64,000 nucleotides of DNA from Raja brachyura (lineage: Eukaryota): positions 52,018,001 through 52,082,000 of the forward strand of contig OY740791.1 in the NCBI GenBank assembly GCA_963514005.1, written 5' to 3'. A program made the position numbers and the translations under genes. Of this stretch, positions 26,396-38,300 are shown in pieces. The notes under the pieces are model-generated. The model was given only the letters and a program-made list of their open reading frames with translations. It did no database searches and was not told where the DNA came from. The stretch's first letter is position 1. Every line of letters begins with the position of its first letter.

Positions 26396-28439
26396 TCAGA
26401 ACATCACTACAGATGCAAGAAAATTGACATATTCTCGTCATTACAAAACGATAGATTCTCTCGCTTCCTTTTGCCGTTTTGACATTTTGCCGTTGACAAA
26501 CGCATCCAATGCATGTTTGATCTCAGTAAATTCCCATTTTGCTTTGCTGAAATAAGGTTTTACAAGATGTTTTTTTACACTGACGCAAACTTTCAACAGA
26601 TGTGATGTCTAAAGCCTGAGCAGGAGAGGAAGAGGAAGATCCTGTAGTTTCATAAGACACAGCATTAGTTATTGTGCAGAGTGAGACTGGGGAACTCAGT
26701 GTGTCGCCGTGCTTAGAGCTTTGCTGCCCAGTCTCTGGACTCGTTCACCAGTCTCTTCCCACAAGGTTGGCGACCTCACCGCAGTCTCGCTACAGGCACA
26801 GGTGTATTTTAAATGGGATCTAGAAATGTAACACCGTACGAAATAATTTCGCACGTGTGATATTTCACTCCTACAACCATTTATTAGACTGTTACAGTCT
26901 GTTCTGCTTCAGATTTTACAAGGACATAGAAGCTTAATTAATAATGAAGAGAGACAAAACATGCTGGAGTAACTCAGCGGGACAGGCAGCATCTCTGGAG
27001 AGAAAGAATGGGTGACGTTTCGGGTCGAGACCCTTCATCAGACCCAGACTTCGTCGACCCGAAACGTCACCCATTTCTTCTTTCCAGAGATGCTGCCTGT
27101 CCCGCCGAGGTACTTTTGTGTCTATATTCGGTATAAAGCAGCATCTGTAGTTCCTTCCAACATGAAACGTTATCAATGTATTTTTGTCTCCATTGATTCC
27201 GCTAGAAACTTAATGAAGCTAAATAACCAGCATCTGCCATTTTATCCATTTGGGCATTCCTATTTGTTGCCTGGTCAATCTAATGTATCCATGCCAATGT
27301 GGATTTGATTTTTCCCATTTCTCCAGCAATCCTCTGGGACTGTTTGAGGATGTTCAATGTCCTCGCCGTTCTGTTGCCCGCTGAATTAATTGACTGCCTA
27401 GAGAGGTACAAATGAGTTAAAATCACTCTACAGAGAAGCAGGAAGTAAATGGGTCAAGAATTAAAATGTCAGCGTATAGATGAGTCGTTTCAGTCAACCG
27501 ACTGAATGTGGTTGTGAGATCCCAGATTACAGCAGTGACAATATTCCAGTGGTAGATTCCACAGAGGAATGGTCCTTCCCCGTGTAATTGTGTGCGGTTA
27601 ATTCTCAAATGGTCCGGGCCCAGAGTTTTCAAAGTGGCTGTGCTCAATACAACACTTGCCAACTAGAAATTTACTGAAACTTTTCCTTTGCAAATTATTT
27701 AGTGCCCCTGTTCCGTTCAAGATCACACGGCGAACAAACATTCTTAAGCATGATTTGGTTTACTTGGGAGTAACGTGACGATAAATAGCTGAAAATGACT
27801 TTACAAATCATCATCACTTCAAATGGTGACATTTGTTTTGGTTATGCGGGTTATTCTCAGAAGTTGTGAAGGTCTTGGTGCACTCTGTGAGGTTGGACTT
27901 GGAGAACACTGTAAGATGCAGGAACAATTTGGATGCTTATGAACATATTGGCTGGAGGTTTCTCCTTGAGTGAAATTAAAAGCTTGGGAGAAAATTTGCA
28001 TTCAATATTGTACTTAGTTTGAAAATAATGTATGATCCTGATTATTAAATGCACCTCATTTGTAACCCCCTAAACCCACCATGATCTGACACATTTGGAT
28101 ATAGATTTAAACTGCCGGACCAGCTAAAGCTTTAACATAGCTGCAAGGCATGAATATTGACCATGTTCCATTCGTTACAAAACAGCAGATTCCCACGTTT
28201 TCCATTATCTTAGACATTTGCTACCCACTAGTAGCATTTCATATAAGGAGGTTCCAAGTCTAAACTTATCCAATATATTTGTGATCTCAGGAAATTCCCG
28301 ATTTGGTTTGCCCAAATCAGCGTTTACAAGAGGATTTTTAATCTGACGCAAACATTATCAACACAAATGGTGTCTGAATCCTGAGCTGGAAAGAAAGAAG
28401 AAGGGTGTTTGCCCTTCCAAAGAAACTGTGTAAATCATC

Positions 28440-29220
28440 GAGTGCGACTGTGAATCTCAGTGTGTCGCCGTGCTTGGAGCTTTGCCGCGCAGTCTCTGTA
28501 CTCGTTCACCATCAGTCACTTCTCACAAGGCAGGCGACCTCACTGCAGTCTCACTCCATGTAAAAGAGTGGTTTAAAAGGTATCCAGAAACTGAACAATG
28601 TCCTGTAAACTGTGATTTATCACTCGTTCAATCAGTTTGTTCCACTTTAGATTTTACAAGGGCATACAAACTTTATTAACTTCGTTTTGTCTCCTTTATT
28701 TCCCCAGTAACTGAATGGAGGGTGTTTCTCACAGCTAAATGACCAGCATATGCCATTTTTCTACTAGTTTCCAACGAGACAATCTAAATTGAATATTTTT
28801 TTCCCGTTTCGCCGCCAACGTCCGGGTACCGTCTGAGACTATTTAATGTCCCTCGCCATTCTGTTGCCTTCTCTGTTCATTGACTCAATAGCGAGATTTA
28901 GTTGAAACCATTTTACCGAGCAGTAGCAGGTAATTAAGTTAACAATTAAAAAGGCGGAACCAGATGAGTCATTTCGGACAAGGCAAATCGATAGCGGTTG
29001 AATATGGTCCTGAAATCCCAGATTACAGAAGTGACAATATTCCAGCAGCAGAGTCCACCAAGCGAATGTATTTTCCCCGTGTAATTGTGTGCGGCCAATT
29101 CTTAAGTGCTCCTGGGTCAGTAGTTTCAAACTGGCTGCACTCTATACAACATTTGCCAACTACCAATTTACTGATCAAAGTCTAAAACTGCACGTTATTT
29201 CCAAACAGAGAATGCACAAA
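28440..29220 (+). promoter_or_regulatory. Putative proximal promoter/5' region of the Ig receptor gene
   Basis: Lies immediately upstream of the leader exon; AP-1 consensus TGAGTCA near 28965; diverged copies at about 26690-27670 and 7110-8050. Function inferred from position only. Confidence 0.45.
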
Positions 29221-29308
29221 ATGAAGCCGAGGTTTCTCTGCCGCAGTTTGCCAATCGGTTTGATGTTCGGTTTCTTTGTTTTCCTGCTTCGAGCTGTTTC
29301 CACACAGA
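29221..29308 (+). CDS. Exon 1: signal peptide [29 protein letters not shown]
   Basis: Basic N-region plus hydrophobic core; donor CAG A|gtaagt in phase 1; alternative in-frame ATG at 29212. Confidence 0.85.
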
Positions 29309-32300
29309 GTAAGTACTTTCTCTTCGCCGGTCACAATCACCATGTGTTACGTTATCATTGTCCGTGTAAAGCCGCACCCATTGTCAATCTCGCTTTCCTT
29401 TCCACGTCCCTGAATGTGCTGCTGCCTCATAAATCCACGCCATCCTTGCTGGAGCTCAATTTCTGAGCCTTTCCCATCAACTCCCTCTCCCTCTCCCGCA
29501 CCGACACGGTCTTTGTCAAAGTCAGAAATTGCCTCCTGTTAAACTCTCCCTCCCCATCCCGCTCGGTCTCTGCAGCCTTTGACACGGTTGTCCACATCAT
29601 CCTCCCCCAAAGTGGAACTGCTCTCGACTTATCGATCCAGTCGCAGCCCGAGAACCACAAGCAATGTCTTCACTTCACGCTCCCGCAAAGTTCCTTCAAA
29701 ACCGGGTGGAGTTCCTCCACTACTCCAACACAAACCCATATCCCCACCTTGTCTCCCACTCACTCACTCACTCCTCTCTTGTGATGAAATATCACTGGAT
29801 CAGGCCGGGTTATTCCAGACAAACATCTCTTCACAAACTGTGTCTTATTCGCTGGGGTTTCTAAGGAAGATCACCAGTCTGGAATTAAATTAAGATCAAA
29901 ATTAATGATTACAGAAATTGCGTGGAGAAAATGTGTTAATTCTTCATTGTTCATATTTGCAACAGGAAATATAAGTCGAACGTATTTCTTGGATAACGGG
30001 GGCAACATTGTGTTAAACGGACCGGACAATCCTGAGAAATACACTGTTGTTTTCTGGGAATGGAAGCCACACTCTGGGAAGGAAATCGGAAATTTGAATT
30101 TTAGAAGAACGAGGGACTATTGGAGCAAAGAGAAGGCTGCTGGCGGGCGTAAAGTAGACTTGTACCCGGAGATGTATGTGAATCCCTATACCCTTGATCT
30201 GACAATTTATAATAAACCCACATTTAAATGGGCGGGATTGTTCACTTTGGCTCAAACAGAACCGAGAAAGCAAATCCTGAAACAATATGAAATATTTGGG
30301 ATCAAAGGTGAGTGGGTGCAATAAGGATCAATAATGTTTAATTTATCTCTGTAAACATTCTCACCTATAATGAATAGAGATGGCGGGAATTGTGAGACTT
30401 CTTTCACCCGGTGAAAAGAGAATCTCCCAGTAAAACAACTGGGGAAGTGTTTATGTTCATTGATTGTGAAATGATCAGCAGGAGTGAAAATAGTTTGATG
30501 ACTTCACTGGGAACAGCAAATCAATGAATCTACCACGGTAACGTGACCGCGGCAAGGTGGTATGAAACAAATGTCTCCGTGTCATGGCTCTGCCATAGAG
30601 TTCACCTCTTGAGAGCACTCAGATAAACATAGGAGTGGAAATAGATGCAAATAGAACAAAGCATGTGTAAATACAGCAAAGCCTGAATGTTGCCGGTTCC
30701 ACCAGCAGTCCCACGGTGAACAGCCGGTATTTCGCTGCGTCAATGTGACCAGCCACGTGTGTCAGGGGGCTGAAATCACTGGGGGAGAAGTTGTTCTGAC
30801 TTTCATCCAGGCTGATAGCTTTGAGCCCAGGCATTGGACTGTACACACCACTACTCACCCTGAATCTCATTGATCTGTTTTTCACAGTTGAGGCAAGTTC
30901 ACAGCGCCCTCTGCTGGGCAGTGACGTCACACTCAGCTGCACCATCTCCAGACTCTCAGATACAGTCAGTCTTCACTGGAGACCCATGGACTCATCCCAG
31001 CAGAACAGGAGCAACACTGATCAGATCCGCCTGAATAACACGGTCTATCTGATGATCCGACATGTCACAGTGGAGGATGGGAAGTATGTGTGTGAAGTGC
31101 AGGAAAACGGAAAAATCGTTCATACAAGTAACGTCAATTTTAATGTTATTGCGGGTAAGTGTCAATACCTCATATTAGATATTGAACATACACTTGTACC
31201 ATTGGTGCTTATTATAACATCATGTGTGCACCCCGTGAAGAATTGTAGTTCGTGGCCAAAAGCTCTCTTGTACAAAATGCTTCAGTGTTCATGGAGAAGC
31301 TTCCAGAAAGACACAAGTTGCTGGAGTAACACAGCGAGGCAGGCAGCATCTCCGGAGAACATGAACATGTGACATTATGGGTCAGAACTCTTCCTCAGAT
31401 TGGCCATCCTCTCCTCTTCCCTCGCTGACTCTTCTCACTGAGTCCTGCTGCTGTTTGAAGTGATTCCAGCTGCTCCAGACTCGTGCTTCAGATCAGCATT
31501 CTGCTGGGAGCAGGACCTGCGGAAGAGGGAAGGGTGGGGAATCAATGGGTGTGAATGGGAGAGGGGTGGTGGGAATAATGGGAACGAAGGTTGGGATTGG
31601 AGCCAAAGAGTGGAGGGAGGCAGTTGGTGGACAGAGGAATGTGACAGAAAGTCGGGTAGGGCTGATGTTTGCAGCATGCTGGTTCTCTATGAGGGTGAGT
31701 GAGATGGTCAGGAGACGTTCACCATTTCCACAGGAGAGTCACTGGGATGCCAGACCTGCTCATTATTGTGTAAAAAGTGCAGGAAAATGAAAACATGGTT
31801 CAATCAAGTAAAAGAGATTTTACTGTAAACGAAGTAGACACTTGTATCACGGTACTTCTTGTAATGTTATGCATGTGCCCTGTGAAGAACTGTGGACAGT
31901 GAATAACTACTCTCCAGTTCAAAGTAACATTAGCAAATTTGCAATCAACACAAAGATGGATGGCAGTGTGAACTGTGAGGAGGATGCTATGAGAATGCAG
32001 GGTGACCTGGACAGGTTGGGTGAGTGGGCGGATGCATGGCAGATGCAGTTTAATGTGGATAAATTTGAGGTTATCCACTTTTGGTAGCAAAAACAGGAAG
32101 GCAGATTACTATCTAAATGTTGTCACGTAGAGAGAAGGGGAAGTACAATGGTATCTGGGGGTCCTTGTTCATCAGTCAATGAAAGTAAGCATGCAGGTAC
32201 AGCAGGCAGTGAAGAAAGCGAATGACATGTTGGCCTTTATAACAAGAGGAGCCGGGTTTGGGGCAAAGAGGTCCTCCTGCAGTTGTATAGGGCCCTAGTG

Positions 32301-35300
32301 AGACCACACCTGGAGTATTGTGTGCAGTTTTAGTTCCCTAATTTCAGGAAGGACATTCTTGCTATTGAGGGAGTGCACCGTAGGTTTACAAGGTTAATTT
32401 GCGGGATGGCCGGACTGTCATATGCTGAGAGAATGGAGCGGCTGGGCTTGTACACTCCGGAGTTTAGAAGGATGAGAAGGGATTTTATTGAAACATATAA
32501 GATTATTAAGGGTTTGGACATGCTAGAGGCAGGAAATATGTTCCCGATGTAGGGGGAGTCTAGAACCAGGGGCCACAGTTTAAGAATAAGGAGTAAGCCA
32601 TTTAGAACGGAGACGAGGAAACACTTTTTCTCACAGAGAGTTGTGAGTCTGTGGAATTCTCTGCCTCAGAGGGCGGTGAAGGCCAGTTCTCTGGATACTT
32701 TCAAGAGAGAGATAGATAAGGCTCTTAAAGATAGTGGAGTGAGGGGATATTGGGAGAAGGCAGGAACGGGATACTGATTGGGAATGATCAGCCATGATCC
32801 CATTGAATGGCGGTGCTGGCTCGAAGGGACAAATGGCCTACTCCTGCACCTCTTGTCTATTGTATATTATTTAATGTCTAAAATGTTGCAATGATCCGGG
32901 AGAAGTTTCCAGAAAGTCTCTCTGTGGAGCAGCTGCCTCCTTGTCACTGTGTGACAGACACACAACACAGGAGTGATGATGTATTTCTGTAACTATTGTT
33001 CAGTAAAGTATTTTGTCAGTTTAACTTGCCCTAACTATCCTGAGACTGAGATACTGATACAGGGCTCAAGTCAAAATGTCAGATAGAAAGTGTCATCACC
33101 ATGACAACCAATAGCACTTGTTGCTCACACTCACACTGGGGGTCCCGGTGCACACATCAGCACTGAACAATAATCCGTCCCCCTCCCCTCACTGAACCTT
33201 CACTCCAAGAGTGGTGTTGCTTGAAGTGATTCCAGCTGCTGCAGACTCAGGCTTCAGGTCAGCATTCATCTGGGAGCATGACCTGGGGAAGAGAGAAGGC
33301 CAGGGAATCAATGGGTGTGAATGGGAGAGGGATGGTGAGAATGATGGGAATGAAGAGAGGGGAAGAAGCGATCCACTTGAAGTCCCCACACATGCGTCCT
33401 CTGGGTGGCTTCTGTCCACAGCCTGAACCTGCACCACCTCTTGCAGACTGACAGAGAGATTCACCACCCGGGCCGCTCTAGGGAGTCTCCGGGAGGTTTC
33501 ATTCCATCCCGGGAGATTCCCGGACAGTCCAGATGTGGGGGTGAACTTAATGTTGAAATGTAGAGTGGAATATCCAAACTTCACTGCAATTTTCTGCCAT
33601 ACAGGACATTTTATTTTATAAAGATGTGATGAGTTTTGTGTGGCATTCATGAAAGATGGTACATTTGAAATGTGATCAGCTGAACCAAACAGCACTGATG
33701 TTTATGAATATGGTTGAGAATCTATCTTTGGCACGGTAACTGTAATACTGAAAGGAGTATTTCTTTCTGTCTTTCTGATACAGATCTATATAACAGGGGA
33801 TACACACTTTACCGCTCTAGCACAGATCTCAGTGAACTTCACCTGGTTTGTTCTGATATTCATGTATATTCCTCTGCTGAATGGACCTGGAAATCTCGTC
33901 GCCTTCAACAACAGCAGAAAGTAATAGCATCTGTTGTAGGCTCTCAGCCCATCAATGTCAACAGGACCTACTTCCGGAATCGACTGATGAACTCAGTGAA
34001 ACGCTTCAATGGCAAGGATTTCATTGTGAGGATTGTACCGATTTTGTTTCAAGATGCCGGAGTTTACAAATGTTCAATCGGAACATATCTATTTCCCACC
34101 ATTGATCTAATAACAGTGAAAGGTAGGAGACAGAATGCGGCCACTGTTTTCACTGATGAATTAATTATTAAAAATGTAAACAACCTGCTTGTTTCCACAG
34201 TCACAGCTGAGCCGTCTGATGCAGTGACTGAGGGAAACACCGTGACCCTGGCCTGCTCTGTGTCTCACGTCACTGAGTCAATGAGACTGGTTTGGATCAA
34301 TGGTGATGGCAAAAGTGTTGGAGAAAAGACACTGACCGTGGAAGAGAAATCATATAGTCTGGTTATTCAGAAAGCTGAGAGGGACAGAGGGAACTGGAGA
34401 TGTGGTTTGTTTCATCAAGACCTGCCCCGGCTTTTAGTCCCGTATTATCAGGAGCCCAGTGGTAAGCGACTTAGGGTTTGCTCTCCATACTTAGTCATGA
34501 TTGAGTTTTGATGTCCTGAAATTTTAAAGTGGAATTTATTCTTCTGGTTTGTGAGTGGTCTAACTCTGTTATGAACAATTACTTCTCACGTTTCAAATAA
34601 AACATCCCGCACCCCCCCCCCCCCCCCCCACTTCATTGTGCACGCATTTATCCCACCACCCAGCTACCCTATTCCCTTCCCTTCCTCTTTCCACTCATCT
34701 CCCACCCTTTCCAATTACACAATTTCCTTTTTATGTCCTTGCCCCACTACCACCCAAATCCCTCCCTCTTTTACGGATCTGACAACCTTCGGTCTCCATT
34801 TCACTCCTCGCTTTTGTCATTATCTCCATCCATCTACCAATCACCATTCCCCACCTGTATCCACCCATCACTCACCATGCTTTGACTTATGCCTACTTCC
34901 CTTTCCCAGCATTCACTCTCCAATTCCATCAGTCTGAAAAAGGGACGCGACACAATACGTCATCATTCCATTCCCTCCACAGATGCTGCTTGACTCACTG
35001 ATTTTCTCCAGCACTTTGCATTTGATCAGTATTCCATAACCTGCATTTTCTTGTGTCTGCGTGGAAGGATACCCACTGGTCAGCATTGGTGGATTGCTGC
35101 AGAGGGCCTGTTTCCATGCAGTTCCAGGATGATGAATTATAATGTACAACTTAGTAAAGATTCTTCTCTTTCCAACAGGATGTGGAGACTCAATTTACTT
35201 TTTCCATCAGGAAGGCAACTTTGTATTGAAAGGACCAGACAGTCCTGGAAATGGCCCCATTGTCTTGGAATGGAGGCCACACTCAGGGCGACAAACCACA

Positions 35301-38300
35301 AAGCGATTGGCCACTTTTAACAAAGAAGATCAGCAGTTGGCCGTACAATGGAGTGATGAGTACAATCTCCCAGACATTTCCCAGAGGATGCATGCAGACT
35401 GGCGTACCCTTAATCTGAGGATCAAGAAGCCCACCTTTGAAGTTGCGGGACTGTTCACCTGGACTCAAACAGAGCCCAGTGGGAAAATACTGAGACAGTG
35501 GGAACTATTTGGGATCAAAGGTGATAGTCATAGTGTCACATAGCACTGAAACGGGCCCTTTGGCCCAATCCAACCATATTGACCAACTGACCATGTAAAT
35601 GTCCAATTTGCCTTCATTTGGCCCTTAAACCCTAAACCTTTTTTTCTATGTACGTGTTTAAATGTCTTTTAAGTGTTGTTGTACCTGCATCAACAACTTT
35701 CTCTGCTCGATCTTTCCATAAAGTATGTTCATGTACCACTCTCTTTATCAAAACTTGCCCCTTATATTAAGGGGTGTATCAAACCTGTCCCCTCTCACCT
35801 TAAACATGTACTATCTAGTTTTTTTGATTCCCATACCCTAGGAAAAAGGCCCTGTGCATTTAGTATAGATACGCCTCTCATGATTCACCCTAATATGATC
35901 ACCCCTCAGTAAAAGACATCCAAGAAAAATAATCTGTCTGAAGAAGGGTCTCGACCTGAAATGTCGCCTATCTATGTTCTCTAGAGTTGCTTCTTGATCC
36001 GCTGAATTACTCCTGCATTTTATGTCTTTTTATGTATTAACCAGCATCTGCCGTTCTGTGTTTCTCCTGAACTAAAAAATTCCTACCTGGAAGTGTTGAT
36101 GTGGGAGACGAGGGGGATGAGAGGGACACGTGGTCACTACAAGGAAGTGTTGATGACATCACTGAGCACGCAGCGCAACATTCGGCTGACTGTCTGTTTG
36201 CAGGAAAACGTCAATTCTGCCCACAGTAGTTCAGAAATCTGGTGGGGAACTGAACCACACGTCATGTGTCTGTTTCCACAGTTGAGGCAGACTCACCGAG
36301 GCCAGTAATGGGCAGTGACATCACCCTCAGCTGTACCATCTCCAGACTCCCAGATACCATCAGTCTTCACTGGAAACCAAGAGGCTCATCTCAGCAGAAC
36401 AGGAGGAACAACACTGATCAGATCCGTCTGAATAACAACGTCTATCTGATGGTGCAACACGTTGGAGCAGGAAATCCCAATCTGTACACATGGGAAGCGC
36501 AGGAAAATGGCTCCATTGTTCTCACTGGAGACATCAATGTTGAAGTGGATCAGGGTGAGTCCAAAGCTGCCTTGCAGCAGGTATTAAACAGTTCTTGATA
36601 TCAAACTGTTCCACATATTGTATGGTGAGCACTGTCTCCACCCGTGGGCTTTCACTGCAGGATGTGGACATTGCCTTTTCCCTGGGATATGGTGTAAATA
36701 TAAAATGGTGGCACTAAAGTTGATGAAGCCACACAGGAGAATCAAGGGATTAATTTCAATTCATCTGCATGAATCAAAGTGAATAATATCCAGTGGTGGA
36801 AATAACATCTAGTTTTCAGTGTATAACAGAACAGAAAAATATGAACTAATTTTACTTCGGAGTCACGTGAGTGACTACGTGAAGAAGCCCTGCCTGGCGC
36901 TGGACCGGCATTACGTCGACGCTATCGGTAGAGGAAGAGCTGCAGAGCGCAGCTCCAACACAGCGGTAGGGAAACGGCCCGCAGGTAAGTAAAATAATTT
37001 TACTTCCAGGGCGTTTTCTAAAACTCCGCAGGCTGGTGGGTAAACCAGGAGGAGTTAAATTAAAATATATATATTTTTTAAATCGCGGGTAAAACGTGCG
37101 TCCCGGGGTGTAGAAGAGTCGGGACAGCAGATTATTGCGGAGCCGGTTCCGATACCAGTGGTATTAAACAGTTCTTGATATCAAACTTGCAGCAGGTATT
37201 AAACAGTTCTTGATATCAAACTGTTCCACATATTGTATGGTGAGCACTGTCTCCACCCGTGGGCTTTCACTGCAGGATGTGGACATTGCCTTTTCCCTGG
37301 GATATGGTGTAAATATGAAATGGTGGCACTAAAGTTGATAAAGCCACACAGGAGAATCAAGGGATTAATTTCAATTCACCTGCATGAATCAAAGTGAATA
37401 ATATCCAGTGGTGGAAATACCAGTTAATGAGCCTTTGGTTGCTCCACAAACAAAAACTTTGAAAACCCAGTACCTAAAATGTAAAAGAAAAGCTTGAAAG
37501 GCCTAAGGTTTCTGAAAGATCCTGAAAGGAAAGCCTTTTGGCTCAGAATGGATCAAATGGAGAAAATAATCCAAACAATAATCAACCAAAGGTCTAAGAA
37601 CCCAGAATATTCCCAGGCAGCCCCTGAGGGGGTTCCATATCATGAATATGGTGCCAGCTTGAATTGGGAATTGAAACTCCAGTGCCCGGGATTGGGCTGG
37701 AGGAAGTCTCCTTGAACAAGTTTCAGGAGTACCAGGGCTGTATGAGACTGACCCTGAAAGTGGTGTTTGCGGTCAGAAGTACCCACCACAATACAAATAT
37801 GTTGATCCAGGTGTGTCTGATGTGGCATAAAGTTTGTTATACCTGGAGAAGGCGGTGAGGCCATGGAAGGAAACCTGGCGGCCAATATTAATTATATGTC
37901 TCTCACCTGCCTCAAGAAGCTGTTATGGTTGAGACAGCAGATTTGGATTAAAACACCTATTAATTGTACCTCACTGAAGGTACCTATGGTGAATCCGGCT
38001 ATTTGGGCGCCAATGTCATCAAGGATGCGGGCGCAGGAATTACGATTCAAAGAATCCGCAAGCTAATTCGGCTGGCATCACTGTCTTTTGGAAGACAAGC
38101 TGGAAGGTTGTGGAATGACCAAAGTTCAGAACCATATGTTGGTTTTATTCTGCAACTCATTTTTTGAGATAAATTATATGAGAAAGATTGCCATTCGGCA
38201 TCTTTTACATCCAAGATTTGCAAAGGGTTGTGCAGGGCAAGCAATGTTCAAGCACTTAGTTATTTGTTCGGAGAAAATCTGTCTAAACAAATTAAAGAAA

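Noticed and set aside
30619-30945. Minus-strand ORF partly open in both paralogs (compare 12433-12885)
   Set aside because: No recognisable protein motif; overlaps intron 2/exon 3 antisense and is likely chance
33784-34122. Rearranging Ig/TCR V segment
   Set aside because: The exon encodes a complete V domain ending in a splice donor; no heptamer-nonamer RSS seen
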